A stretch of DNA of 63,861 bases, the filler included, from Octopus bimaculoides (lineage: Eukaryota), in assembly GCF_001194135.2 (NCBI RefSeq). It is 6 parts of 6 records of this genome, joined end to end, with 100 filler letters (N's around TTAATTAATTAA, not from the genome) between each part and the next. Parts side by side here need not be neighbours in the genome. Positions count along the whole stretch, not along the records: positions 1 to 6,824 come from NC_068993.1; positions 6,925 to 23,798 come from NC_068990.1; 4 more parts are not named here. One strand, written 5' to 3'. The notes under the pieces are model-generated. The model saw nothing but the letters and a program-made list of their open reading frames with translations. It made no database searches and was not told the DNA's origin. This document shows, piece after piece, positions 1 through 12,860 of this stretch. How positions within the stretch are numbered: position 1 is the first letter of the stretch; the number at the start of each line of letters is the position of its first letter. The position numbers and the translations under genes are program-made.

Positions 1-157
1 GAGTTGAAAACTTTCTTCTAGCATTCCACTTAATATCTATGTTCCATGTAGAAATATGGTATCGTAGCTACTAACAGTTGAGGGTTGCGTAGTCTAGACG
101 GCGTTTTTAGATTTCATTATTCTCTTTAACCCGGGTAACGCCGGGTATTTCTGCTAG
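1..157 (+). mobile_element. Helitron 3' end (non-autonomous, 5' part outside window)
   Basis: GC hairpin CCCGG-GTAACG-CCGGG at 130-145, then CTAG at 154-157 followed by T: canonical Helitron 3' terminus. Confidence 0.7.
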
Positions 158-159
158 TG

Positions 160-660
160 TTTAATAAAAGATAACATATTTACCTAAGTTTTAACATCAT
201 CTCCTTCGAAATACAATGCACCGGTCCCAGCGTTCCTACCACTTTTGGAATCCGGCCTGGAAGTCTTTTTCCGTAAGCGACTCGAGGACCTACTGCAATT
301 CGCTCTGGATCTCGACAACGGTGTTAAAACGGCGACCTTTGAGCTGCATTTTCATCTTGGGGAAGAGATAGAAGTCTGCCTTATCACGTTGATTCTGCTT
401 AAGGTTTACATTAAAGGAGTACAAGTGTCTGTGAAATAGTAAAAGATTATGTAGTTAAGTTGATCCAACAACTAAAGGAGAATTGGGGCACGAATTCTCG
501 ATGCACAATACCGCGGATGTCAAAGAAAAACGATGAGCATACACTTGATTAAGTTGTGATTCTATCGTGCTTTCTTCGGTCGTGGAGATGAAGGATTCTT
601 CCGTTGTGACGACTGCTGCTTCGTCTCAGGATCATACCCGTAGATTCAACTCTCGTCACC
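160..660 (-). mobile_element. Mariner transposase relic (C-terminal half, internally deleted, with stops)
   Basis: Minus strand translates to GDES*IYGYDPETKQQSSQ...PRPKKAR, KCMLIVFFDIRGIVHREFVPQ and ADFYLFPKMKMQLKGRRF...FQKW*ERWDRCI..YFEGD, all hallmark mariner motifs. Confidence 0.9.
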
Positions 661-2626
661 GAAAATATATATAAGTTTGTGGGAAATATTTTTAAAGTAA
701 TGTTTCCCTAAAAGAAAACCTCAAAAACAAACAAACAAAAAAACAAAAAAAAACAGCTTTATACACCACTGTATTGGAAATAATACTTTTTTTTTAATTT
801 AACATTATTCTTTAGGTGTATCTATACATTTTGAATTGATGTTTATTCTTTAAATTAGCTACCATATATTTTAACTAATTGAGTCACAACATACATTTCC
901 TTTAAAGCGTCTTGACGATACAGACTTCTAACTCCACCTGTCATCTTTTCGGTGTAATTCAGAATTGTTCTTGCTTGGATTAACTCGAATTCACAATCGT
1001 TGAATTGAATTTGTGATTTCGGAATGAATAAGCGTTTCTCACCCGTATTAGATTACGGAGTTTTCTTGTCTCCTTGTCAACACAAGACAGAACGTCAGGT
1101 TAGTCCTCTAGCTAACTCACCTTCTTTTACAGAATCTTTCGCACAAGAAAAGCCACCGATTCTAGGGGTTGACAGCACCTGTTCTTGTTCCCTTTGCAGA
1201 CTTTTGAAGGTAAATCCCTGAGAAACATGCAGACGAAACCCCAAATACACTATCTTTCACCACAGCTTACTTTTTAACGATTCAACCACCATTGGTCTAA
1301 TATCTACCCCCTCTTCAATTAAAAAACTGCAGTGTAAAAATACAGTGTGGTTTCATTTGTTTGAATGTTTCTTCATGCACTCAGGCATACACTCACTGTA
1401 ACAGTCAAAACACCCTCTCCTGTCATCGTATTCGGACTTCACTCTATCACTGCACAATATTGAATTCATTGTAATCAAAAAGAAAGAAATCTATGATGCA
1501 ATTCTTTCATTCCTAAATGATTCAGATTCCAGCATTAATTGTTCCTCCCACTTTTGGAATCCGGCCTGGAAGTCATTTGCTTAATTAGGTAACAAATAAC
1601 TTCCTGTGAACATTTCCAGTTATTCCATAGAACACTATAGTTCCAGATATACCAATACAATTAAATAGTATTGTCACAGCTGGAATTCGTTGAGTAGTGG
1701 TCTGCTCAGTCAACAACATTTATGCAATGAGTGGATACTCAACCGGCTAGAAAGAATTGTTGTTTGGCAATGGGTACACATTTTCTCCTACTTCTTTTAC
1801 TTTCATGTCCCTCATTTATTCTTTTAATTAATTTTCATCAAAATTTCCTCTTCCAAAACTTGGTTAATTAACCCCTTCGCCATATTTCTTTTACCGCCAG
1901 CTGCCTCATTGTTTCATATTTTTTCGTCAATTTCCTTTTTTTTTTAACCACAAATTTTTCTTTATTTCGTTGCTATTATGTTGAACTATCATATGTCCAA
2001 GTTTGGCCAAATGCGTTTCTTTTCAATATTTAATTTTGCTTGCAATAACCGGTTCTTTTGGTCAAACTATCGTATCTCCAGCTGCTTCAGATGCCAAGAT
2101 ATGAAAATTGTCAAAGTGTAGTACAACGGCTTAGCATTTTTGAAATGTGTAATAAGTCCACATGCGACAGTTTCGCAAAATATTTCTGACTGAAAATATT
2201 ATGCATGCATGGAGTTACGATTTTATGCACCCAAAAGTATTATTGATAAGCTGAAACTGTATGTAAAAAAGAATGGAATGGTGAAACTATTTTACAACAC
2301 TTTTGCATAATAGCAACGATTTGTTTTTATTTCGTTGTTATTTGTTTATTTTTAAAGATTTGTTTTGCTGTTACGTTATTTTCAGAAAAAATTCTATGAT
2401 CAGCTGACCAGTTGCTGTTTTCTGCTAAAATTCCATTCACGTCCAGGATGTATTATAATAATATAACTGTATTATGATAATACAACTTGACCCTAGAACT
2501 TGACTGGTGAACTTATTTGAGAAGAAAAGTTCATATTGGCGAGACTTGAACTCGGAACATAAAAGTCTGTAAACGACCGTGCGAACGTCAGGTTGCGTGT
2601 TCGAATCACGTCGGGTACGACCGCGT

Positions 2627-2644
2627 ATCACGTCGGGGTCACCA
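2627..2644 (-). promoter_or_regulatory. Primer binding site complementary to tRNA-Trp
   Basis: Plus strand ATCACGTCGGGGTCACCA equals the 3' 18 nt of metazoan tRNA-Trp(CCA) including CCA, and lies 3 nt from an LTR-like ...TTTACA end. Confidence 0.9.
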
Positions 2645-2647
2645 TCT

Positions 2648-3332
2648 TGTAAACGACCGTGCGAATGTTGGGCTGCGTGTTTGAATCACGTCGGGTACGA
2701 CCGCGTATCACGTCGAAGTGAAGGTGACGAGAATGACCGTGCGAAGTGAAGGTGACGAGAATGGTTTGTTTGCACATCACACGGTCGATACAATAAATAT
2801 GAAAAGGATAAAGGAGTATAAGTGCCAGAAGGAAATGAGAGACACAACCGGGTAGAATGTTTAAGAGAAGATTTTATTTATATGTTAACAGGCGTGTCTG
2901 TGTGTGCGTCATATAAACATAATAATAGACAGGCCGTCATGAGAACAAAGTGTGTGTGTACAAACATGGATGTATGCGTGTGCGATAAGTACAGAGCATT
3001 GACAGAGTCTATAATATGACGTTAGAAGAATGTTCAGACTCAAGAATAATAAATACCAGTTCGTAGTCAATGTACACGGTAGTTGAAGTGCTGTATCAAG
3101 AAGTTGAGGCTGCAATGCAGAGCCGAGGAGAGGCACATGTCGTACGTGAAGCTGTGGCTGTGATGCTGATGCCTGGGTCACTTGGTACAGAAGTTCTCGC
3201 AGGTTGTGTTTGCTGTTAACCATGGTGAAGTAATTCACCGAAAGACCTCGACTCGCTGCGTCGCTGAAGTTTTATAGGGTGCAGTCGGCGCAAACTGCTT
3301 GTGCTGCTATAAGTCTGCACTTAAATATCACA
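2648..3332 (-). mobile_element. 5' LTR of a Gypsy-type retrotransposon (internal region lost)
   Basis: Minus strand runs TGTGAT...TTTACA, with a TATA-like CTATAAAA near 3275, AATAAA near 2875 and the tRNA-Trp PBS directly after. The distal boundary is uncertain (3332 or 3336) and no TSD was found. Confidence 0.65.
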
Positions 3333-4079
3333 AACATTTTGTCCAACATTTTCAAACACTTTGTTAATATTTTACCTGATTTACACGTTTAAAGAACTAA
3401 TAAATTTACTTTGCTTGTTTTATCATTGCTATTTTTAATTATTTCTTTGATTAGTTTTCTCCAGAAAATATGTAATTAACTGACCACTTCCGACATCAAC
3501 TGATCATTTGTCTTCAGACTGAGTCTTCGAAGGCCATTGCCGTCTGCCCAATGATAAAATACATATACAGAAAATGAAGAACAATTTATACTGAAGGATG
3601 GTTGAAAATAAAACAAAAATAAACCCATAACTTTTTTTACTTCTGTCTATCCATCCGTCTGTCCGTCCGTCTTTGTTCTTCCTTTAAATGACTTTACTTT
3701 CTCTGTAATAAGTTGCTAGTGAAATGTCTACACTTTGTGTCATTATTTTCCTTACTAATGCAATGATTACATTTGTTATTCTTTAGTGACCTATATTTAC
3801 ACAACTTTATTTGAGTCGCTAGACACAAATAGGTTGACTGATCATTTTTATTGTCTTTATTTAAAAAAAAATCTTTGAGGAGGAATGGCGACAGAAGTCA
3901 TGACAAACTTTTTAGGATACCTCCCACGTATCCTCTGCGTGTTGTAAAAGGCAACTGAAAAGGGAACTACAGCAGCAACAGGGGGCTGGATGTTGTTTGG
4001 GTGGCATCAATGGGGTCGTCAAAAACGGTATATTCGCAAGGACATTGCTGTGGTAGGGCAAATTTGGCTTTAAATAGGC

Positions 4080-6068
4080 CTTGCCATGCCTTGCACCGGA
4101 CAGCAACGGCGCAGTACAAGTATCTCAGTGGATGATCCTTGAGTGATGGACATCAGCAGATCTTGATTAAGTGACGAGCATTCTGGTAACCCTAGAGGCA
4201 GCCGTCATGCTGCAATGAAGAAGGCAATGGAAAACCACTTCACTATTCCCAAGAACGATAATGAATAGTCGTAATTCAATGTTGGAAGATAACGATGTGA
4301 AGGAGGCTTGTCTGTCTAATGAGGACGGCTCCTCGCCCAGTAGGGCATTCCATGACCAACAGAAGGGTCCCGACTGTCAGCAAACTACTGTTAGCAACAG
4401 AAGTACCATCAGAGTTGGAACCTGGAATGTGAGAACTTTATATCAAAGTGGCAAGCTTGAACATGTTAAGCAAGAAATGATGAGATTAACTATCGACATC
4501 CTGGGCAAAAATAAAACAAGTTGGCTGAATGATGGTGACTTCAACATTGATGATTTCAAGATGATTTATACAAGTGGTAACAAACATGAGAAAGGAATAG
4601 GACTACTTTTAGATTCTGATATGGCGAAGTGTGTCCTTGGCAGTAAGTGACAGAGTCTTGCCGGTCAAACTTAACATCCACGTAACATCTTCATCATAGA
4701 CGTTTATGTGCCCACAGCAGATAACAGAGAAGCTATTGATGCCTTCTATGAGACCTTTGAAGAAGCCAAATTTCAGTGCAAGTCAGATGAAATTAATATC
4801 ATCATGGGAAATTTGAATGCAAAGGTGGGTCATGGATAGGACGGCAAAGCGGTTGATCTGAAAGGAATTGGCAAGAAAAATGAGTGAGGTGAGAGATGGA
4901 TACGGTGGTGTGAGGCAAAGAATATAATTATTACAAAAACACGGTTTAAGGAGCATCCTAAAGAACTTACACATGGAAGGGCCCTGGTGACAGCTCGAGA
5001 AACCAGATTTGATATATCTCCATCAATGACATATTTAAAAAATCAGTGAAACATGCAAAAACATATCAAGGAGAAAATTGTGGTAGTGACCATGTACCAG
5101 CAGTATGCACACACCAATGTAAATTAAAGAAGTTGAAGAGAACAAGTGCCACAGAATACGGGTAGCTGAATAAACCGGAGGTGTAGAGAATAGATATAAT
5201 CAGTTGATTGATAATGGCAAAGAGATTACCTGGGAAGTAACGAGAAACACTTAAACAGAAACAGCCCAGGAAATCCTGCCATATAAAACGAATAAAATCA
5301 AAAACAAATGAATGACTGAGGAAATCTTGTCAATGATTAGTAAGAGAAAGAAGATCAGGAACAGGAAATCCAAAGAGTTTAGGGAACTGGATAGACTGAT
5401 TAAACGGAAGTAGAAGGAAGCTAAAGAGACGACATGGCTGGATTGACAGTGTGAAGAAACTGAAAGGTAATTTCTGATTTGATACAAAGTACATCAGAAG
5501 ATAAATGAGATCTCTGGCAAAAAGTCAAGGTGCTCAAACTCCAAATGTATCAGAGTAAAGAAAGGTACCACACTGGTTGAGAAGATTGACATATTTAATA
5601 GTTGGACGGAGTGTATAGGAGATTTATTTCACGCTGGGAGAGCAATCTTGCCTAGTTTTTCTGACTCTAATGAGGGTCCAAACATTCTGCCATCTGAAGT
5701 GCTGACAGCTATCAACATGACGAACAACAAAAAAAAAGCCCCCAAAACAAAGCTGCTGGGCTAGATGGAATTGTCGTTGAGATAACGAAAGCATTAGAGG
5801 AATATGAAATTAGAAAACTGATAGATCTATGGTGATGGGAAATTTCCAGAAGATCTGAGTTAATCTATCTTTATTGCCATCCCAAAGAAATCAGGAGCGG
5901 TGGGCAGTAAACAGAATCGCACAATTAGTCTCATGAGTCGCGTTACAAAGATCATTCTGAGAATTTTACTCCTTCGGACAAGAAGCAGAATAATACCCGA
6001 AATTGGAATTGAACAGGTTGGCTTTGTAAATGTGCTGGTACTAGGAATGCTACTTTAGTATTGAAAAT
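4080..6068 (+). mobile_element. RTE-clade LINE: 5' UTR, APE endonuclease and RT N-terminus, 3' truncated and frameshifted
   Basis: ORF 4261-4650 contains IRVGTWNVRTLYQSGKL...DILG (APE). Downstream broken frames give IIMGNLNAKVG, GLDGIVVE, FIAIPKKSG...RTISLMSRVTKIILRIL and EQVGFV. Confidence 0.92.
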
Positions 6069-6069
6069 G

Positions 6070-6824
6070 TTTCCATCATTCTGTACAGAGCTTCCAAGGT
6101 AGATGAATGAATCGACAACCGCAAGTAATCTTTAACAAAAAATTTAGTGGGGTTACAAACAGCACCACACGCAGGTTGATGCATTACAACAGTTTTATTT
6201 TTTGCAAGTAGATAGTCAAGTCAAATCATCACAAGCCGAGTCAAATGCAGATACAAGAGGTTGCAGACCTGTTTCAGAATGACTGACAAGATCACAATCG
6301 ACAGCGTATAAAAAGTTCCCTAATGAGTGAAATAAAAACCTTCGTTTTGAATTTCAGTCTGGTCAGATTAAAAACATTCCCCGTTGTCCGATATTTTATG
6401 TAAATACCCTCCTCAGAGTTTTGAAAAGCATATAACAACACAACAGTAAAGTATATTGCAAAGAAGGTGGGTGCATCAAGATCTCCTTGCTTTACTCCAT
6501 TTTCCACAGCAAAAGATTCAAAGAGCCTACCACCAAAATTAAGTCTAGCTTTCATATCTTGATGCAAACCCTTGATCATGTTTACAAATTTTTCTGGGCA
6601 ACCTATTTTCTTTAGAATCGAAATCCACAGAGCATTTCGATTAACAGTATCGAATGCTTTGCTCAAATCAACAAAGCAATGGTACAGAGCAAGATTCTGT
6701 TCAATGCACTTTTCTTGTAATTGTCTGACAGTAAAGATACAATCAGCTGTGCCCTTGGAGGAACAAAAACCACACTGAAACTCAGACACTATATTTGGAA
6801 CTATAAAGGTATTTAAACATTCTA
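6070..6824 (-). mobile_element. RTE-clade LINE reverse transcriptase fragment (second family)
   Basis: ORF 6292-6789: FQCGF...TADCIFTVRQLQEKC...FVDLSKAFDTV...GVKQGD..APTFF. It continues after a frameshift as YAVDCDLVSHSE and SFIYLGS, and is cut by the gap at 6825. Confidence 0.93.
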
Positions 6825-6924
6825 NNNNNNNNNNNNNNNNNNNNNNNNNNNNNNNNNNNNNNNNNNNNTTAATTAATTAANNNNNNNNNNNNNNNNNNNN
6901 NNNNNNNNNNNNNNNNNNNNNNNN
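6825..6924. other. Artificial scaffold linker 44N-TTAATTAATTAA-44N (also 23799-23898, 47123-47222, 60660-60759, 62433-62532)
   Basis: Five identical 100-nt blocks with a six-frame stop 12-mer centred between exactly 44 Ns on each side. Confidence 0.95.
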
Positions 6925-6979
6925 TATATATATATATGCACACACACATGCATACGTACAAAAACACATAATTTCTGTA

Positions 6980-7034
<55 letters not shown>

Positions 7035-8464
7035 AACGCACAATGTGGGCACCTATTCGGAATTGTAACCTGCTCCAGTGGAATAAGCTGTGATGCAGTT
7101 TGGGTAATTGCTTTCTCCCCAGCTGCTTCCCCCTCTCCGCCGCCACCATCCACCTACACCTACACATCACACCACCTCGCGTCTCCATTGTCAACACCTA
7201 CCCAACGCTCTTCATTTACTCTCATTTCATATCCTGCTCGCGGCGCATTAAACACCCAGCCTATTCAAACGTATCTGCCACACTATGCTGTTCACAAACG
7301 TATACATTATAAGTGTGTGTGTATGTGTGTGTGTGCGTGAGTCTGTATGCGTATGTGTGTGTGTGTGTGTATGTGTGTGTGTGTTTGCGTGTGAGTGTGT
7401 GCGCGCATGTTTGTATTTATTTATTTATACATATATGCATACATCTACAGTGCACAGGTGCACACAAGCATATATATATATATATATATATATANNNNNN
7501 NNNNNNNNNNNNNNNNNNNNNNNNNNNNNNNNNNNNNNNNNNNNNNNNNNNNNNNNNNNNNNNNNNNNNNNNNNNNNNNNNNNNNNNNNNNNNNNNNNNN
7601 NNNNNNNNNNNNNNNNNNNNNNNNNNNNNNNNNNNNNNNNNNNNNNNNNNNNNNNNNNNNNNNNNNNNNNNNNNNNNNNNNNNNNNNNNNNNNNNNNNNN
7701 NNNNNNNNNNNNNNNNNNNNNNNNNNNNNNNNNNNNNNNNNNNNNNNNNNNNNNNNNNNNNNNNNNNNNNNNNNNNNNNNNNNNNNNNNNNNNNNNNNNN
7801 NNNNNNNNNNNNNNNNNNNNNNNNNNNNNNNNNNNNNNNNNNNNNNNNNNNNNNNNNNNNNNNNNNNNNNNNNNNNNNNNNNNNNNNNNNNNNNNNNNNN
7901 NNNNNNNNNNNNNNNNNNNNNNNNNNNNNNNNNNNNNNNNNNNNNNNNNNNNNNNNNNNNNNNNNNNNNNNNNNNNNNNNNNNNNNNNNNNNNNNNNNNN
8001 NNNNNNNNNNNNNNNNNNNNNNNNNNNNNNNNNNNNNNNNNNNNNNNNNNNNNNNNNNNNNNNNNNNNNNNNNNNNNNNNNNNNNNNNNNNNNNNNNNNN
8101 NNNNNNNNNNNNNNNNNNNNNNNNNNNNNNNNNNNNNNNNNNNNNNNNNNNNNNNNNNNNNNNNNNNNNNNNNNNNNNNNNNNNNNNNNNNNNNNNNNNN
8201 NNNNNNNNNNNNNNNNNNNNNNNNNNNNNNNNNNNNNNNNNNNNNNNNNNNNNNNNNNNNNNNNNNNNNNNNNNNNNNNNNNNNNNNNNNNNNNNNNNNN
8301 NNNNNNNNNNNNNNNNNNNNNNNNNNNNNNNNNNNNNNNNNNNNNNNNNNNNNNNNNNNNNNNNNNNNNNNNNNNNNNNNNNNNNNNNNNNNNNNNNNNN
8401 NNNNNNNNNNNNNNNNNNNNNNNNNNNNNNNNNNNNNNNNNNNNNNNNNNNNNNNNNNNNNNNN

Positions 8465-8499
<35 letters not shown>

Positions 8500-8531
8500 T
8501 GTATGTATACATATATATTTATATATATATT

Positions 8532-8586
<55 letters not shown>

Positions 8587-8855
8587 ATGTACACTAACTT
8601 TACGGGTCGGCAGTTTATGATTATTGTCTTATACGCATGTATGTATGTATATATACTTATTCATACACATACACACACACACACACATATATATATGTAA
8701 ATACACACATATACAACATCTACACACATTCATATATGTGTGTATGAGTATGTGCGCGCGTGTGTGTGTGTATACACCAATATGGCATTCTTCGACTGCC
8801 TACCCACAAAATTTTCATCAAATAACTTCGCCCACCATAGTGGCAACAGCTTCAA

Positions 8856-8895
<40 letters not shown>

Positions 8896-9677
8896 CGCGC
8901 GCGTGCGTGTGTGTCTGTAGTAGTAGTAGTGGTGGTGGTGGTGGTAGCGGCTGTTTGTTAATTCAGGCGGCCTCTCTACGCCGTGGCAGAGATGTCAGGA
9001 CTCATTCATTATCTAATTAACGTTTCGAGATATTTATTAATAATTAACATGTCGATAATGAGGACGATAGAGGGGATCCGTTGGTGATGAGGTGGAGGAG
9101 CGTCGTTGTTCTCGTTGTTGTTGCTGTTTCGCACACCCCGCTCAGCCGTGATTGAACAGACCTATGATGGCAGACACCCCAACCGTGACTACCCTGTTTG
9201 ACTTTAAGGAAATATGGACAGTCACATTCTGATAACCGTTTTCCTTATATAAAGCAACAGAGGTTGATTTGTAAGAGATTCGGCTATTATTTCTAACAGG
9301 TCGAACCCTAGTGTTACTGGTGGCAGGCAAGTGGAAGTAGTGGTGGTGATGATGGTGCTGTGGTTGTTTAGACATGTCCAGCCGTAGCCATCCCTTCTCT
9401 TTCCGGTGTGTAAGAACTCCTGGACAACATTATCCAAAGTATCATTTTCTGAAACTTGAAGGTGATTTGGCTGATATTTCTAGCAAATCCAGAGCCCACA
9501 TAGGAACTCCTTTGTTTCGTCTTACAGATGGTGGTGGTGGTGGTGGCATTAAAGTACTGGTCAGCGTTGTGGCGGTGTTGGTGGTGGTGATATAGGAGTT
9601 GTGATGGGACGGTGACATTGGTGGGAATATCAAACGTTAGTAAATGCAGTTGTGGTAGTAATATACAATATATATAT

Positions 9678-9755
9678 ACGACGGGCTTCTTTCAGTTTCC
9701 GTCTACCAAATCCACTCACAAGGTTTTGGTCGGCCTGAGGCTATAGTGGAAGACA
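9678..9755 (-). mobile_element. SINE family A fragment (octopus-type tRNA-derived SINE)
   Basis: Reverse complement matches 46074-46150 of the full copy (gtcttctactatagcctcaggccgacc...gaaagaagcccgtcg). Confidence 0.85.
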
Positions 9756-10431
9756 TATATGTATATGCATATATACATACGTATATGTACATACTTACAT
9801 CTATACGTATATANNNNNNNNNNNNNNNNNNNNNNNNNNNNNNNNNNNNNNNNNNNNNNNNNNNNNNNNNNNNNNNNNNNNNNNNNNNNNNNNNNNNNNN
9901 NNNNNNNNNNNNNNNNNNNNNNNNNNNNNNNNNNNNNNNNNNNNNNNNNNNNNNNNNNNNNNNNNNNNNNNNNNNNNNNNNNNNNNNNNNNNNNNNNNNN
10001 NNNNNNNNNNNNNNNNNNNNNNNNNNNNNNNNNNNNNNNNNNNNNNNNNNNNNNNNNNNNNNNNNNNNNNNNNNNNNNNNNNNNNNNNNNNNNNNNNNNN
10101 NNNNNNNNNNNNNNNNNNNNNNNNNNNNNNNNNNNNNNNNNNNNNNNNNNNNNNNNNNNNNNNNNNNNNNNNNNNNNNNNNNNNNNNNNNNNNNNNNNNN
10201 NNNNNNNNNNNNNNNNNNNNNNNNNNNNNNNNNNNNNNNNNNNNNNNNNNNNNNNNNNNNNNNNNNNNNNNNNNNNNNNNNNNNNNNNNNNNNNNNNNNN
10301 NNNNNNNNNNNNNNNNNNNNNNNNNNNNNNNNNNNNNNNNNNNNNNNNNNNNNNNNNNNNNNNNNNNNNNNNNNNNNNNNNNNNNNNNNNNNNNNNNNNN
10401 NNNNNNNNNNNNNNNNNNNNNNATATATATG

Positions 10432-10610
10432 CATATGTGGGCACAGGACGTCACGAAACGTGTGCAACAAAAATATACGAAGTACGAGTACATGGAATAT
10501 GAACTATTTTTTCGAACAACGAAAGACACAAATGGAAAACAAAACAAACAACACAAAGAACGACCCTTCATCGGTTGTTGGCTGTTTTTCTACTCTCGTA
10601 TTTCGAGCAT
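10432..10610. repeat. Single arm of the repeat family that forms the 60290-60612 inverted repeat
   Basis: Shares caggacgtcac...aaagaacgacccttcatc(g/a)g(t/c)tgt...ctactctc with 60296-60452. Confidence 0.7.
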
Positions 10611-11707
10611 TTAACAACAATATACGCTTTCGATAAAACAGTTCGTGTGTTGTGATATATTTTGCTGAAGGATATAACTTGTTCAGTTTATTCCCGAACT
10701 ACACAACCTGATGCGCTGTGTGTAGCCTAAGGAACTCATATTTGGTTTATTGCTTTCATCACGACAGTAACCATTCACATTAAACTGATGCATCTCAACA
10801 CATATACACAAGTTATTCTAAGGTCTGTTTTTTCTGTTTTTCTTTTTTCACTTTTTATGTGTTTACCATCAAACATTCCCGTTAGCTTTAAGCAGTGTTG
10901 GAATTTCTACGACCATTGATCAGTGGAGAAAAAATTAGATTCCTACCACCAGAAATACTGGAATGTCCACAATCATTGATAATGGGTAACAAAGGTAAAG
11001 TGGTCGGTAGTTTTTGGTTATCTCACCCCCATTAAAAAAATGCCATTAAAAAATTGGGTTCTTTTTCCCCACTAAAAAATTGAGTTTATGTGGTGACAAA
11101 AGATTGGAGGTTGATCCCCAGTCGTTAATGGAACAGTGAGTCCTCGAGAGTGACCGTGGCTATTGTCCATAGCTTAATCCATTATATCAAGTTGCTCCAG
11201 AAGTGTTGTCATCGATTAAACCTGTTTCCCACAAGCCTTTCTTCCTGAGGTGGGTTGCCAAAAAATCAACAAGACAAAAGCAATCAACGTCAAAAAGAGG
11301 GTCAAAAACCAACATAAGTCAACGACTGTCCTAAATGTGGAGGGGCGAACTCAAAAGATACTCTACTCCGATGTCCGGTCTAACGTAAGAAGACCACTAC
11401 GAAGGAAGAGCTCCGAGGCTTTTATTAAAGGAAGAGTTTAGGAAAAGATACCACAGTGTCCAGCGCTACCGTGGTGGTATAACTGGGTGGGCAGTCTGGG
11501 CTCGGCACCCTTATAAAACAACGAGATTAAGAAGAACAACTCTGAGGATAGACTCACACTTTATGTGAGTGACTGTGATGAGATGGAAGTCAAGGGAATC
11601 AGCGCCTCTTGAGCATCTTGGGTCAGAAAGGGAACTCGTGTCTCACGAACTCTTCCTCATGAAAAGAACATGAACGCGTAACAAATATGCAAATACAGAC
11701 ACACACA

Positions 11708-11745
<38 letters not shown>

Positions 11746-12123
11746 CACACACCTGTATTCTCTCACTCTCTCACTCATCCCTCTCTCTTCCCTCTCTGTC
11801 TCTCTCTCTCTTACTAAACAATGTCTGACAAGACTTAAAGACAAATAAATAATGGCTGAGGAGAGGCGCATGTGCGGTAAGAGAGTGCGCGGGTGGTGGG
11901 GCGGGAGGGGACCAGATGTAGAGAGAGTAAGGTTATGAGAGAGATAAGGGGGGAGGGAGAGAGGAGAGAGAGAGAGAGAGAGAGAGAGACGAAAAGAAAG
12001 GTAGGCAGGAAGAACAACAGCAATAAGATCAACAATGAAGCCAACTAAATAAACACAGTGGAATGTAAACAAAGAGATCTCTTGAGATACGGCCTTACAC
12101 ACACACACACTCACTCACGCACA

Positions 12124-12293
12124 TACATACAGAAATACATACAGAAATACATACAGAAATACATACAGAAATACACACACACAAACCAACACGCACTCTT
12201 ACACACATACATAATACATTCACTCACACATATGCACATGCACATATGCACATGCACATATGCACATGCACATATGCACATGCACATATGCAC
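12124..12293. repeat. Minisatellites: 12-mer ACATACAGAAAT x4 and 14-mer CATATGCACATGCA x4-5
   Basis: Tandem units are directly visible. Confidence 0.9.
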
Positions 12294-12358
12294 ACACATA
12301 CATACATGTATGAATCGTGTAAACTGAACTTAATGTATGTGTCTATACGTATGTGTTT

Positions 12359-12402
<44 letters not shown>

Positions 12403-12571
12403 CTATAAGTTTATGTATATATTTATGTATATTTGTGTCCTCTGGGACAACAGCTTTCCTAACTATGTGCCTGTGAGTGTATGTACGTACGTATGTATGT
12501 ATGTATGTATGTATGTATGTATGTATGTATGTATGTATGTATGCCTGCATGTCTGTCTGTCTGTATGTTTG

Positions 12572-12603
<32 letters not shown>

Positions 12604-12721
12604 CACGCATACTCATGCACACATATGTGCTTGTGTGTATACGTAAATACATATCTATATGTATAAATACACACACACACATACACACACATATACACAC
12701 ACACAAGAACCTATATAGTTA

Positions 12722-12860
12722 GGAAGGCAATTGTCCCAGTGGTTAAGGCATCGAGCATTAGTTCAGTCATCATAAGATTGTGAGATCGATTCCTTAACGA
12801 AGCGACGAGTTGTGTCCTTTGCAAGGCCCTTCGCTTCACGTTAACCCGGCCGATTCAGCA
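12722..12860 (+). mobile_element. SINE family D head (degenerate tRNA-like)
   Basis: A-box-like TGTCCCAGTGG and B-box-like GATCGATTCC, followed by gttgtgtcctt.gcaagg as in the minus copy at 34535-34803. Confidence 0.6.

Noticed and set aside
6869-6880. TTAATTAATTAA palindrome repeated five times, a possible piggyBac target or regulatory motif
   Set aside because: Always centred in exactly 44+44 Ns, so it is an artificial six-frame stop linker.
7040-7300. GC-richer Ser/Pro/Thr open frame after ttctccccag
   Set aside because: No recognisable protein or clear donor site; cannot be supported as an exon.
7285-8700. Long ORFs of 240-470 aa across this and other gaps
   Set aside because: They consist of N runs and microsatellite translations.
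11300-11420. CPKCGG...LLRCP, a possible L1/Tx1 zinc knuckle
   Set aside because: The His ligand is missing and there is no supporting upstream RT.
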